NCBI RefSeq assembly: GCF_004010195.1
Contig: NC_057735.1
Span: 13,074,391 to 13,138,390 of the forward strand
Source of the DNA: Chiloscyllium plagiosum
Lineage: Eukaryota
Length of the DNA stretch: 64,000 bases
Direction: 5' to 3'
The notes under the pieces are model-generated. The model did not search any database. It was not told where the DNA came from and saw only the letters and a list, made by a program, of their open reading frames with translations. A program made the translations under genes and the position numbers. Of the stretch, positions 1 through 14,914 are shown piece by piece. Numbering within the stretch: position 1 is the stretch's first letter; every line of letters begins with the position of its first letter.

Positions 1-820
1 TCCTGGACCTGTTGTAGCGGGACACCCTGACTAACATGTTCAGTGAGGAATATTCCCCTGAACCTTGCTTGCTTGCTGCACACATGGTGTGGTTGCTGCC
101 TAAGCTGTTGGCACCTGGTGAAGGCTATGGTTGATATAACTCACTGCCACACAGCAAGATATATGTCCCTTGACTTAACAGCAAGGCAAGCTGTCTGGTC
201 GTGTGACAATGCTGATTGGCACAACAAAGCAGCGCATGGATGCTTTGAGCATGTAGGTAGGTGCAATGTGGATGAGTGTTGAGATGTAGCCTGGCACAGT
301 CTTTGAGCTGAGTACCTGACCCCACTGCAGAATTTCAATGCTAGTTGCTCATGTGCTGAGCAGTACAATACTGTGTTTTCAAAGCATCTGCCAGTGAAAC
401 GCAAAGTGCCAGGATAGCCGTGTTGGGTTAGCAAATGTCAATGTTCATGGAGCATGTGGGTGGTGCCCATTGATCATGCCCTGAACTGCAGTTTGCTCAC
501 AGTCAACATGGAGATCATGCAAGTAAGCTGAATCTTTTAGGCAGTGAGCTAATTTCCATGGCTAATTTTCTTTACGTTGCGCTTGTTTGGCCAGTTTGGA
601 AAAATAGGAGGCTGGATATTAATGAGGCAAGTTTTGGCATTAATGAGCATTAATTGCCATCAACTGGCATCTCACTGCTGCCTAAAGAAAATCGTGCTCT
701 ACCACTTGTAAAAAGCATAATAAATGGATCAAGATAACCTCGCCATGGGGACATTGCATTTCTCACCCATACATCTCGCTAAACCCCATGTCAGTCACAC
801 TGCTGTACAATTCTGCCCAG
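1..820 (-). mobile_element. Possible highly degenerate PIF/Harbinger-like relic
   Basis: Minus-strand remnants resembling QGxIDGTH (~452-484) and YxSLNV (~30-55); heavily disrupted. Confidence 0.3.
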
Positions 821-829
821 TGTGATCTT

Positions 830-1130
830 ACTGATGCACACAAGATTTTGAGAGGATGGTTGGTGAAAAGGTGTTTCCAATTATGAGAGAATCTCAAACT
901 AGGAGGCAGAGTTACAGAATCAAGGGATAATTATTTGAAACTGAGATGAGAAGGAATTCATCTTCCAGGGCAGTGGAAGTCTGGAGGCTGGATCACTGAA
1001 AGTGTCTCAAGAGGAGATAGGTAGAGTTTTAAAACCTTCAGGTAATGATGGCTGTGAGGAGCTGGCATAACAGAGGAATTGACCCAATATCAGGGTAGGT
1101 TTTAGGGACTAAAGGGTCTACTCCTGCATC
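830..1130 (+). mobile_element. Old CR1 3' fragment
   Basis: ctgagatgagaaggaatt and related CR1 3' motifs. Confidence 0.6.
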
Positions 1131-2292
1131 AATTTGTTCAATTTACGTGTACAAATTTTCCCACTGTTATCAGGCATATGAACAGACCTCTCATAGCTTA
1201 GAGTTGATCTCTCTCTGCACCTTCACTGTTGCTGCAACACTATATTCTGCATTCTGTTCTATTTCCCTGATGTACGTTTGTCAGGTATGATTTGTCTGGT
1301 CAACATGCAAAACAATACCTTTGCATCTCGGTACATGCAATAATAATAATTCACCTCAAATCAAAAGTGGGGAAATGTGTGTGGCCTGAAAATATAAGCT
1401 ATTATTGCTCAAATATTTGGGAATCTGCTTTGAACATCTAAACCTAAAATTCAAACTGAAATGGAATTGAGAGGCACCACCTTAAATCGCTGGTAACAGG
1501 TTTCAGAATATTTGGAGATATAAATGGAGCCAGAACTGGACCTCATCAGGCTACATGAAACTTTCTGACAGCATTAATTAATAGCCACAACATCTAGGAT
1601 TGGCAAATTTCTACCTGTATTCGATAAGTAGCAATAAATCAATCATCACACCAAACAGCTCAAGTGTGAAGTGAATTCAAGTTTCTAATCACACAGATAT
1701 AACAGGAACAAAAGATTGAAAACTGGGAAATTGCATTTCATGATTTTATTATATTATATAGTTTCAGAAACTATTATAATGAGAAGATTCCAGAAAATAG
1801 AAAAGGCAGCTGTGTGATGTTAGGATCACATTTACACCAACTCAGATTTCGCTGCAGACAACGTCCACCTTCAACAGAAACATGCACATCTCTGGAGAGT
1901 ATCACAGCTCCAAGAGTTTATCACAGCGAGTGTCAGAACCAAGAAAGAACCAAGTAAAAGTGTTACACAATCAAAGTGTGGGAATAGTGAGACTGTCTCT
2001 ATGTTCTCATTTCTAAACCAGATCCAGTGTCCTTAGTCTGTTTCTTTAAAAACCCACCCTGACAAGGGATTTAATCACATTCATTTGTTGTAAGTTAATG
2101 TGGAGCACTGCTGAGCACAGTCCACAGGCTATTGCCAATGGTATAACTTTATTCATAGTCATTCAAGAGATGAAGACTTTACTGTGCAGCCATGTGACAA
2201 CTGCAGTGCTGGAGAAAGATGTGATCACTGCACGTCAACCCGGAAATACCAATCCGGGTGTGTTTTTAATGAGAACGTAAACGAAGGAATTA

Positions 2293-2457
<165 letters not shown>

Positions 2458-3197
2458 TTAACACTGGCTCATATCATCATCACCTTTAGTGAGCATTACA
2501 GTATTGTAGACTGTTGAATATATTGAATACATTCCATTAAATCTTTTGAAAATTTAGTGATAGAAATTTTAGACAGTATGGCTGTCCAAAAAATACCTGT
2601 AAAGTGTAGGCTTGTGGAGGAAGAGGGAAGTCGACTCCATTGATTGTGAAGACCACATTGGGCATGTTATACAGATTTTTACAGTTTATGGTGTACTGCA
2701 AGGAAACAGAGACGGTATTCAGTCATAGTGTCTGTGTAAGGATTTACAAAAACATTTAGTGGTGCAATAACATGACTAATTCGTCATTGTTGAACATATC
2801 ATGAGTTGAAATCTGAATACATAAGCAACCCAAAAGTGAATGATTGAAGAGAAGTTGCAGTCACCAGGATATACTTCATTTCCATTTAACAATATGATGC
2901 CAAAACATTTCTAAACATCCATGTTCATCTCAATCTTACAGCATTAAGAGGATTTTGGAGCAAGTACTTATTCTTCAAACACCATGCCCTCTTCTGCGCA
3001 AATGTTTGTCTGTGAATAAGTAGATTACAAAATGTAAAGACTTTCCATTTAAATCTTCCTCCAAATCCAAATGCTTTCCCAATATTTCTGGGGCAGTGTG
3101 TACATTCTGCAGTGTCAAGAGATTCACATCTCCACAGCTTCACATATGCAATATAATTTAGCATGGCCCCTATCTGTACTTCAGCCTCTCACATATG

Positions 3198-3531
<334 letters not shown>

Positions 3532-3770
3532 TCATTATAATCTCCTTAAATGCTGATTGGATAGAATAATTATTGATGTATAAAATAAATTGAAAGTGCT
3601 GGACAAACTCAGCAAGTCTGACAGCATCTGAGATGAGAAGAGCACAGTTAAATTTTGAGTCCAATTTGGCTTTTCTTCAAAATTGAAAGTGATGATTTTA
3701 TTTTTATTTTGATCCTCCTGGGCTTTTAGTTCACATATTTCAATATAATTTGATAGAATCAGTCAATTTG

Positions 3771-4095
3771 GGGCAGATTGGTGGCTCAGTGGATAGCACT
3801 GGTGCCTCACAGTTCCGGGGACTCACAGCATCGGGCGACTGTGTGGAGTTTGCATGTTCTCCCTCTGTCTACGTGGCTTTCCTCTGGGTGCTCTGGTTTC
3901 TTCCCACAGTCCAAGATATGCAGGGTAGGTAAATTGGTCATGCTAAAGTGTCCATAGTGCTCAGAGATGTGAAGATTAGGTGGATGAATCAGGGAAAAAT
4001 GTCAAGTAATAAGGGAATGGGTCTGGATGGGTAACTCTTCAGAGGGTCAGTGTGGACTTGTTGGGCTGATTTCCACACTGTAGGGATTCTATGAT
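3771..4095 (+). mobile_element. tRNA-derived SINE (HE1/V-SINE-like)
   Basis: ggtggctcagtggatagcact head; tgtgtggagtttgcatgttctccc core; gtagggattctatga tail. Confidence 0.8.
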
Positions 4096-5669
4096 TTTCT
4101 AGGATCTCAGTGGAGAAGCACAACGTATCAATCCCAGTTGTGGTTGAGTATAAGCACATACCGGTCAATGAGGATTTGCCAATAGGCCTCACGAGTGATG
4201 GGAACCCAGTGAATTTGACCTGTGTAGTGACTTGAGTCAATTCCATCAAACACAATTTCACTTCCAGATGCACCATCCTGTCTGTAAAACATAGAAGAAT
4301 CATAAACATGCTGAGAGGTGAAGAAACAACATCATTAGCATCAACACATTTCTGGTTTAGAGAATTAGCACATAATGGTAAGATTTCCTGTGTTGTACGA
4401 AAATCATTTTTGCAAATCACTTGCCAAAAATGTTTGATTGCAATCTTGCCACAAATACACCAGGTCACACCAACCATTCCAACAGATACTAACAATGCAA
4501 GTTGAGCAATTATGTCCTTTCAAGTAATTATTCTTGGCTCAGTTCGATTTTATTCATTTGAGTTCTGAATTGGGTTGAGAATAGCAGGGAACAGATTCAA
4601 CACGGAAACCAAATGACTTTTAAAGAAAGCAGTTGCTTTGATATATTGCACTTCAAGTCCTCAGGATAGCTTGAAGTGACTTCACAAACAACTAAAATAT
4701 TTGAAATATATTTAACATTGAGATAAATATGGCAGAACTTGTACTTAGCAGAATCCCATGTATCAGCTGTGGGATCCGTATAGATACTGAAGCAGTCAAT
4801 GTCCAAATGTAGCAAGGTCTGGATGTCATTCAAGCTTGGGCGGACAAGTGGCAAGTGGTATTCATGTCACACATGTGCCCGGCAATGACCATCTCCAATG
4901 AGAGAGGATCAAGCTATTGTGCATTAGCATTGCCATCACCAATAGTAATCTAGTGCATTTTTAATAGACTGCATCATAGGAGCCAAAACTAGACACAATC
5001 TTTCAGGTGTGAAGTACCATAAAAAGGAAAGGTCACCATTGTCCTACTGTCTCATTAAACAGGAACAGCTGCTGCTGGTTTAACCATTCCTTGGGTAAAG
5101 AAAGAGGTTAAGAAGGAGAATCCTTCATGATAACCTCAGCCGATGTAGGAATTGAACCCATGACTGTTAGCATCACAAGACAACTGAGCTAACTGAACTG
5201 CACTAATGAATTGACTTCCACAAATTTATCAAGTTCTGCAAAGAACTGGAACAAGGACATTCACAATTCAAGCAAAATAAGTATTTTGAGTGAAACATTC
5301 ACAGGGCTGAACAGACTACATCCGTTCCAATGCCAATGAAAATATCCACTTCATGCTTCATTCAGGGACGTACAGTAAAGACCATGTGAGAAGTGCTTAC
5401 CTGGTCAGGTAGACAGAAAAGAGAGGCTCATCCACCAGATGCTGAGACACTAAGTTCTCAAACACAGTTGTAGCTCCTGATGCTGCAAGAGATGGGTAGC
5501 CCATTCCCAGAATCCCGTCAAACTTAACATAGGAAAAGAAACCACCAAATTCCTGATTGTGGATATTGATGTTTGAAATCTAGAAAGATAAAGCCAATGA
5601 GAAAACCTGAGGAACTCAGCAAAACATTATTCTGTTCCATAACCTTCCCATAAATTGCTCACAGCTAGC

Positions 5670-5790
5670 TACCTGATGAAGGAGCAGCGCTCCCAAAGCT
5701 TGTGCTTCCAAATAAACCTGTTGGATTATAACCTGGAGTTGTCTGAGTTTTAACTCTGTCTACTCCAGTCCAACACCGGCACCTCCACAA
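5670..5790 (+). mobile_element. Penelope-like terminal repeat fragment with degenerate hammerhead
   Basis: Same family as 7251-7335 (ctgatgaaggagcagcgctcc...aataaacctgttgg), with GAAA mutated to CAAA. Confidence 0.65.
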
Positions 5791-6099
5791 CTTAGTTGTG
5801 CAAGTGGGTTTGAACTCACAATCTTCTGACTAGAGAGCCACCAGCTGGTCACAGGAAACACAAAGATTTCATATTTCATTCAATGATATACAGACATAAC
5901 CGAGTGAGTAGAACTGAATGACTGCATGAAAAGAGCATATTTATCAGAATTAAAAGCAAGGCATTCAGACATATTACATTTCAAATCATCAGCTTGAAGG
6001 GTAGCCACTCACTGTTAAATGATCATGGCACATCCATGCCATTTCTTGACCTCAAACTAATTATTTATTTTCTTTCAAGATCTTTGCATCTTCATCTTC

Positions 6100-6662
6100 T
6101 CGAACATAGAACAGTACAGCATGCGAACAGGCACTTTGTCCCATCCTGTCTGTGCTGACCATGATGCCATTCTGAACTAATCCCATCTGCCTGCATATCG
6201 TCCATATCCTTCTATTCCCTGCCTGTTCATGTGTCTGTCTAAATGCTTCTTAAACTTTGCTAATACATTTACTTCTAAAACCCAGCCTGGCAGCACTATC
6301 CAGGCACCTACCACCCTCTGAACAAAAAATATGCCTCGCACATCTCTTTTAGTCTTTTCCCTCTCACTTTAAACCTATGGCCCATCATATTTTGTATTTC
6401 TATGCTGGGAAAAAGCCTCCAACTATCCATCCTATCCATATTTCTCATAATTTTGTATACTTCTATCAGTTTGCCCCTCAGATTCCAATGCTGTCGTGAA
6501 AATAATCCAAGTTTGTCAAACCTCTCCTTATAACTAATACATTTCAATCCAGACAAAACATCCTGGTAAACATCTTTTGCACCCTCTCCAAAGCTTCCCC
6601 ATCCTTCTGTTAGTGTGGCAACCAGAACGGCACACAAAACTCCAAGTATGGCCTAACCAAGA
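6100..6662 (-). mobile_element. CR1 LINE 3' fragment
   Basis: SYKERFDKLGLFS...LIEVYKIM; aacatagaac tail. Confidence 0.85.
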
Positions 6663-7250
6663 TCAATTACCAATATTGTGTGATTTGATTTATTTGATGA
6701 AGTTTACAATTGACTTACTCTGACAGTGTCATATCCCAATATTCCATTCATGGCACCTGTACCGTATTGGATAGATACACCCTGGAATGTTGGAATAGTA
6801 TGTTGAAGATGCACTGGGATTGAATCTGTGATACATTGCTGTAATGGAGCAGACATGTAATGAAATTAATAAGAAATGTGTGGGTATTTAATCTGATGTA
6901 AGAACAAATGTTTGAGTTTTAAAAAGGTTTATTTTATATTTAAAAATTGTTTTTGCTTCTAACAAGAATCCTATCCAAATTCCTTCACCCTGAAACGTGT
7001 TTGTCTGGCTGCGTTCTCCATGTGGGATGATCCCGAAAATGTAAGATGGCTCGGGATCCGGAAAGCTGCTGTGTGTCCATGTAGGAGGGGAAGCTCTGAG
7101 TTGGACAAGTGCTTGTGTATATGTGTCTATTTGTAGGTTTACAAAGGGAGATACCTCATGCAGATCCAGGGAGGAATTTATGTGAACCTACACTTTGGAG
7201 AACCTTAAAATAAATCAAATTCAAACAGACACCAGAATGATTCCCACAAC

Positions 7251-7285
7251 CGCCTGATGAAGGAGCAGGGCTCCGAAAGCTAGTG
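7251..7285 (+). ncRNA. Minimal type I hammerhead ribozyme motif in a Penelope-like terminal repeat
   Basis: cgc-CTGATGA-a-GGAGC-agg-GCTCC-GAAA-GC-TA-gtg: intact core, stem II, palindromic AGCT stem III, short stem I. Confidence 0.7.
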
Positions 7286-7659
7286 CTTCCAAATAAACCT
7301 GTTGGACTATAGCCTGGTTTGTGTGATTTTTAACTAGGAATGAGGAATGTTAACTACTCAGTTAGGCTTGAGAAACTGGAGATGTTCTCCTTGCGAGCAA
7401 AAGAGATTGATTGGAAGTTTGATCGAGGTGTAAAAGATTACTGCACTATAAGGTGCATCAAAGAAAGATTTTCTTATTTGTTGTTCATGAAATGGCCAAG
7501 AAAGTAAACCTCTCCAAGCCCAAGTAAACTTCTAGTTTTTGAGCCTATCATACAAAGCGAGTTATTCAGCTCTAGTTCTCCTAGAAATATTATTTTCTTT
7601 CAGTGCTGAGGTTAAAAAGGTAAGAAATGCCACAATGCTCTGAATAATGGAAACATTTA

Positions 7660-7785
<126 letters not shown>

Positions 7786-10026
7786 TCAGCAAGAATGAGA
7801 AGAGCACAACTTATCAACTGGAAATATAGCTGAGCAACACATGTTATTGGGCTCATTATATAATGCACTTTTCAGGAAATATACACCTTCTTAGAACACC
7901 TTCACAAATCTGTGAGATGGAGGAGAAGGAGAGCGCAAATACTTCATTGCATAAATAGCTAATTCATGAGAAAAGTGATTCTTAAGAAAAAACATTGTTT
8001 TGATGCTTTATACTGAATAATATATTACATAGCTATAATGATGTTGCCTTTGATTATTTATTCTTCTGATTTTAGAAGGTAACTCCAATCCAGTAGTGCT
8101 AATATAGATGCTAACATTGTTAGGCCAGCCAGCAGCACAAGCCAAGCTCATTAAAGGAATCCAGAAATATTGATCAGCTCACTAGTCAGCAGGTCCAAAA
8201 GAAATCACCAGTAAGTCCTCACATTGAATCAGAACTTTCCATCAGACCAATAGGATTCAGTGTTCTGAGCACCAGTCACAATCAGAAACTGGTTCCAGCA
8301 CTTGATCCATCATGACCTGCTACCTTCCTGCAAGTGCAACTCACTCCTCCTACTCAACCATCTTATCCCTGTAACCTTATAAACATTCCCTATTCAGATC
8401 ATTATTACATTTGAAAGCTGTGAGTAAACTTACCTCATCCACCCCTGTTAGGCCATATATTACATACCCCTGCCAAATGCTGTGCAAATAATCTGTTTCC
8501 TCAGGACCCCATTCATTCTTTTGATAAAAACCTTCAATTAGAGTTCACATATTCTTGACCATTGAGCCAATGGAAACCTCCCTCTCTGTCTACTTTGAGC
8601 TGCTCTCTTATGATTTTGAAACTCCCTATTAAAACTCTCAGTCTTCTACCGTAGTCTCTTTGATTCTACCCATGCTACTAATGTTCTTTGTTCTTAGATC
8701 ATTCTCGGAGATTATTTCCATACACTCTCAAGTATCTTCACATCTTTTCTAAGCTATATTGCTTAGAACGGAACACTCATGATTCCATTATCTCAAATTT
8801 AATTTCTCCTAACAAGGACACTCTTATACTTAAGCAATAACCAACTGAGAACATTTGGATTTTAACACAAAATTTTAAGTACTGTATGTTTCAAGCCTTA
8901 TGACTGATAAGGCAATTATAAATATATTTCAAATTGATCAAAAGCTATAACATCAGAGCCAGAAAATAGAAATATCGCAAGTGTATCAAAAGATGAATTA
9001 ACCATTTTACTGCTAGATCCTAATCTCTGTTAACAGGTAACTGCTGTGGAAGTTGAAGTATTTCAACATTTCAAACAAGGCACAATTCAGGAGTTTGATG
9101 GACTTGCCAGATGACTGTAGCAGTAACAATATTCGAGAATCTTAATACCATCCAGGACAAAGCAGTCTGGTTGATTAGTACCCATTCACAAACATTCACT
9201 CCTTCCACCACTGACATTCAGTAGCAGCAACGTATGCCATGTACAAGACGACTGCCCTAAAGTTACCAAGGCTCATTAGACACCATTTTCTAAATTTGCA
9301 GGACGGCAGGTTAATGGAAGCATTACTGCCTGCAAGTTCCCCTCAAAACCACCTACATCCAGACTTGGAAATATATCACTGTTCCTTCACTATTGCTTGG
9401 TCAAAATCTTTGAACCCATTTCTTACTGTCAGTCTACTTATACCAAACAGAATGCAGCAGTTTGAGGAGATAGTTCTTGATAATAAATGGTGGCCTTGAC
9501 AGCTACACTCAATTCTCCTGAAATAATAAAACAAAGCAAAATTTGGGCAAAATTTCAGCAATATTCCTCAGAAGGATGTTCAAAGAACGTTTGAAGTGTG
9601 AAACTGTCTCAAATTTCTGAACTTCTGGTTAACCAATGTAGCACCCCCCATAAAGGAATTCCAAACTCTAAGCTCCAGCTTTTCACATTTGGACTCAATC
9701 AGCAACCTCTTGTGGCTTTATGTGATAGTTATGGATCTTTCACTTGGTGATCTGTGCAATTTAATTCTTCATGGATAAACATCTACTGCTTTGATCAATT
9801 TCAAACCATCGGACAAAACATTAACATTCTCCTCAATGTCAAGTTTTACAGCCTCAAACTTCTGAAGTAATGAACCAAAATCTTATCTCCTGACTCTTCA
9901 CTCCTCCTATGCTCTCTGTACCCTCAGTTCTTTGCTTATTCTCAATTTCACTGATTGGCTGATTGTCAGAGACATTCTTTTGCCTTCTTTCTTTAGTTGT
10001 GTATTTAGATTCACAGAACTGGTTAA

Positions 10027-11455
10027 GTCATAGAGTCATAGAATCATAGAATCGTAGAGACGTACAGCACAGAAACAGACCCTTCGGTCCAACCCGTCCA
10101 TGCCGACCAGATATCCCAACCCAATCTAGTCCCACCTGCCAGCACCTGGCCCATATCCCTCCAAACCCTTCCTATTCATATACCCATCCGAATGCTTCTT
10201 AAATGTTGCAACTGTACCAGCCTCCACCACTTCCTCTGGCAGCTCATTCCATACTCGTACCACCTTCTGCATGAAAAAGCTGCCCCTTAGGTTTCTTTTA
10301 TATCTTTCCCCTCTCACCCTAAACCTATGCCTTCTAGTTCTGGACTCCCCAACCCCAGGGAAAAGACTTTGTCTATTTACCCTATCTATGCCCCTCATAA
10401 TTTTGTAAACCTCTATAATGTCACCCCTCAAACTTCGACACTCCAGGAAAAACAGCCCCAGCCTGTTCAGCCTCTCTCTATAACTCAAATTCTCCAACCC
10501 TGGCAACATCCCCGTAAATCTTTTCTGAACCCCTTCAGGTTTCACAGCATCTTTCCAATAGGAAAGAGATCAGAATTGCACACAATATTCCAACAGTGAC
10601 CTAACCAATGTCCTGTACAGCCGCAACATGACCTCCCAACTCCTGTACTCAATACTCTAACCAATAAAGGAAAACATACCAAATGCCTTCTTCACTATCC
10701 TATATACCTGCGACTCCACTTTCAAGGAGTTATGAACCTCCACTCCAAGGTTTCTTTTTTCAGCAACACTCCTTAGGACCTTACCATTAAGTGTATAAGT
10801 CCCTGCTAAGATTTGCTATCCCAAAATGCAGCACCTCGCATTTATCTGAATTGAACTCCATCTGTCACTTCTCAGCACATTGGCCCATCTGGTCAAGATC
10901 CTGTTGTAATCTGAGGTAACCTTCTTCGCTGTCCACTACACCTCCAATTTTGGTGTCATCTGCAAACTTACTAACTGTACTTCTTATTGCTCACATCCAA
11001 ATTATTTATGTAAATGACAAAAAGTAGAGGACCCAGTACTGATCCTTGTGACCCAGTACTGATCCTTGTGCCACTCCACTGGTCACAGGCCTCCAGTCTG
11101 AAAAACAACCCTCCACCACCACCCTCTGTCTTCTACCTTTGAGCCAGTTGTGTATCCAAATGGCTAGTTCTCCCTGTATTCCGTGAGATCTAACCTTGCT
11201 AATCAGTCTTCCATGGGGAACCTTGTTGAATGCCTTACTGAAATCCATATAGATTGCATCTACCGCTCTGCCCTCATCAATCCCCTTTGTTACTTCTTCA
11301 ACAAACTCAGTCAATTTTGTGAGACATGATGTCCAATGCACAAAGCCATGTTGACGATCCCTAATCAGTTCTTGCCTTTCCAATTACATGTACATCCTGT
11401 CCCTCAGGATTCCCTCCAACAACTTGCCCACCACCGAGGTTACGCTCACTGTTCT
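10027..11455 (-). mobile_element. CR1 LINE 3' part (RT)
   Basis: QHGFV, YMDFSKAFNKVPH, VWNELPEEVVEA; catagagt/catagaat tail; 20-bp tandem duplication at 11031-11070. Confidence 0.9.
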
Positions 11456-12317
11456 GCACTAGATTAACTCTGCTCCCTGGTTGGGAAATCTTGCCTTCCA
11501 TAGGCCTTTTGGTCCCACAGCATGAGATTTTTTACAATGGCTGCAGCAGGGTTTCCTGCACTTGATACAGCAAGATGGCAGTACTGTAGGATGCTCCTGC
11601 TGGAACTCCTCTGTTCCGCTTGTTTTATTGCTTTCTGTTTCATTTTTTTCCCTCTTTTTGCTTCTCCTCTCCCAATAGCTCCGGAGGCGAATACTGGTGC
11701 AGTGGCAGGAGCCAGCAGCAAGGGAGACCGAGAAACTGTTGGTTAAGCATTTTTTTAATATTGCAGAAGGAGCAACATGTTGATGTGACATAGCCTTTTG
11801 TCCTTGTTTTCCTGTTGAATTGTATCAGGTAAACCAATCACTTTGGTTACAATCAGTCTCCTTGTATTATTTTGTTGCCCAAGAAACTTTAGAAATTTAT
11901 TCTCTTTTTCAATCAAGTAGAATGCTTGCCTTTATACATTACTATCAACAGTGTGTTTGCTTGATAACCATTGCTCCTCCTACACTGTATAATGTTTAAC
12001 TTACACTTTCTTGCACTAACACGCCTATATTGCATACAATGAACCAACACGGACAGAGAAATGGCTCAGAGCAGTGCAGGGCAGGAGAACCTATACTTAC
12101 CAAAGCTGTTTCATTGATACATGGTTAATTTACTTAAAAAAAAACTCGTATTCCCCAAGTTAAATTATATGCCTTTCAGATAATTTAAATGGTGATGTAA
12201 ATTGTAATGAAACAACAAATAAACGAATCAATGCATCAGATTCAAACAATTCTACCAGCGGCATGAAAGACTTGAATTCTTAAGGATTGACATAACCTCT
12301 TTAAGATGTGCACACAA

Positions 12318-12828
12318 TTCTGGATGTAGGTTTGCTCGCTGAGCTGGAAGGTTTGTTTTCAGACATTTCGCCACCATACTAGGTAACATCATCAGTGAGC
12401 GTGATGTCATCTTCAATGAACATGAACTAGCCACAAAAAGACATGACCCACTCTCATTAGTATTCTTACATACGGATGAGGAAGGAAACTACTTCAACTG
12501 GGACATCACATCCATCCGAGGACAAGCCAAACAGAGGCACGCACAGGAATTCCGAGAAGCTTGGCATTCCAATTAGAATTCTATCAACAAACACATTGAC
12601 TTGGATCCCATATACCTCCCCCTAAAAAAGGAAATGGCATCACCAACCCAAGGAAACCTAAACACATAAATGGAAAGTGGGCCATACCACCTGTACTTCA
12701 TCCGGAGGCTCACTGATGATGTTACTTAGTATGGTGACAAAACATCTGAAAATGAACCTTCCAGCTCAGCAAGCAAACCTATATCCAGAACCTTAATCTG
12801 AGCTACAAATCTTCTCAAAACTTGCAAA
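12318..12828 (+). mobile_element. Penelope-like retroelement 3' fragment (GIY-YIG C-terminus) with inverted terminal repeat
   Basis: Reads EHELATKRHDPLSLVFLHTDEEGNYFNWDITSIRGQAKQRHAQEFREAWHSN*NSINKHIDLDPIY. 12318-12400 is an inverted copy of ~12708-12790. Flanked by approximate TSD tgtgcac(ac)aa. Confidence 0.8.
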
Positions 12829-13342
12829 GTGTGCACAACTCCTGTGTAATCATCATGTGGTGCATTATCCTTGAAATGCCCTGAATTAACTCAATACCGA
12901 TATGCATTTCATTATATTCCTGTACAGGCCTGCATCCTTGGCTGTGTTAAAACATCATAGACCTCATTTTAACTGAGATCTAAATAGATTGACATCAATG
13001 CCTGTATGTTCAAATTGCAAGGTGAAAACTCCCCTTTAAAGATATAACTGAAGCCCTTTAAGAACTATTGTCCAGGCAATTTCAACATAATGCGCTCAAC
13101 CAACTTCTAGATTCTACCATCTGTATGAAGACCTAATGAGTATAATCCGATGAAGGAATACAATAGAAGTCAAGTGTCCACCGTTCTGGCTGTACATTCT
13201 TTATATTCATGGATTCCAAAATCCCATGAGGTGTTGGATATTGTTTCCTTCACGTAACACAACCTTTCAATGCTAATGACAAGGATAAAAACTATCATGC
13301 ATCACTCCTGGTGATTAACCAAACAGGGCAAAGATCACCAAG

Positions 13343-13946
13343 GAGAAAGTGAGGACTGCAGATGCTGGAGATCAGAGCTGAAAATGTGTTGCTGGAAAAG
13401 CACAGCAGGTCAGGCAGCATCCAAGGAACAGGAGAATCGACGTTTCAGGCATGAGCCATTCTTCAGGAATGAGGAAAGTGTGTCCAGCAGGCTAAGATAA
13501 AAGGTAGGGAGGAGGGACTTGGGGGAGGGGCGTTGGAAATGTGATAGGTGGAAGGAGGTCAAGATGAGGGTGATAGGCCGGAGTGGGGGTGGGGGCGGAG
13601 AGGTCAGGAAGAAGATTGCAGGTTAGGAAGGCGGTGCTGAGTTCGAGGGATTTGACTGAGACAAGGTGAGGGGAGGGGAAATGAGGAAACTGGAGAAATC
13701 TGAGTTCATCCCTTGTGGTTGGAGGGTTCCTAGGCTTAAGATGAGGCCTATCACCCTCATCTTGACCTCCTTCCACCTATCACATTTCCAACGCCCCTCC
13801 CCCAAATCCCTCTTTCCTACCTTTTATCTTAGCCTGCTGGACACACTTTCCTCATTCCTGAAGAATGGCTCATGCCCGAAACATCGATTCTCCTGTTCCT
13901 TGGATGCTGCCTGACCTGCTGTGCTTTTCCAGCAACACATTTTCAG
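13343..13946. mobile_element. Penelope-like fold-back element with ~200-bp inverted arms and TSD
   Basis: 13378-13578 is the near-perfect reverse complement of 13746-13946; cagggcaaagatc at 13324-13336 and 13944-13956; ctgaaga...gaaa cores in both arms. Confidence 0.75.
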
Positions 13947-14439
13947 GGCAAAGATCTCATAAATTGAAATGAATGAAAGATATTTTATAATGAAAGCATC
14001 ATGATGCTTAAGTAGCCATTTCAAGGTATTTAACATGGCCTAAAAAACTTGGAGAGTTAAGCAATGAGGATATTTGAGAAGACTGCACTTGTGGTCAATA
14101 TTGCCATGAGCTGGAACAGAGCCAGTGCTCAACCATAACCAAAGTAGTACTTTTATCAGGTTCTTCAGGCAATAGGCAGCACCACAGAAACAGTCCAGCT
14201 ACTTTTAGGCAGTAGTGTCTGAAAGGACATGAGCACATCGGGGAGCAACAAAGCTCCACTGCAATGATAAAGCGAAATGCAATGTCCATGAAGATAAATT
14301 TTATTTGTGAAAACAAAAGGGATGTATAGGTGCAACTAAGGTGGGAATAATCACAAACTCGCCATAGGATCCAATTCAAATCCACCTGAATCAAGCAGTT
14401 CAATTATCAAGGATAATATCTGGGGCAAAGTGCACAGGA

Positions 14440-14790
14440 GAAAAGACATAAAGAGGATTCTTAAAAGGCTTGGACAGAGTAAGAGCTGAGAGGATGCTTC
14501 GCTTCCAGTGAGAGTCTAATACCAGAGACCGTAGTCTCAGAATAAAGGGGTCCCAATTTAAGACTGAGATGAGGAGAGAATTGTAAGTATTTGGAACTCC
14601 AAAATCACTTTGGTGGCAGAGTCCTTCTGGCAAAGATAGATAGATTATGGATCAGTAAGCGAATCAAGGGTTATGCGGAAAATATGAGAAAGTTGACTTG
14701 AGGAGTATCAAATCAGCCATGATCATATTGAATGGTGGAGCAGTCTTGAGTGGCCAAACAGCCATTTCCTGTTCCTGTTTTTGATGGTCA
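14440..14790 (+). mobile_element. Old CR1 3' fragment
   Basis: ctcagaataaaggg...agactgagatgaggag...aatcaagggttatg. Confidence 0.7.
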
Positions 14791-14914
14791 ATATGCTCTT
14801 AATGTCTGACACATTACAGAAATCTTAGGGAAAAGTGGTCATGTAGTTGTAATTCTAAGTCCAAGACAAATGTCCCAGTGATACGTTTTTGAATCCAAAA
14901 GAACTCATCTGGGT

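Noticed and set aside
3771-3850. tRNA-like A/B boxes (also 43352, 50097)
   Set aside because: SINE heads, not complete tRNA cloverleafs
10027-10060. Short tandem catagagt/catagaat repeats
   Set aside because: Ordinary CR1 3' microsatellite tails; no spacer array or CRISPR-like structure
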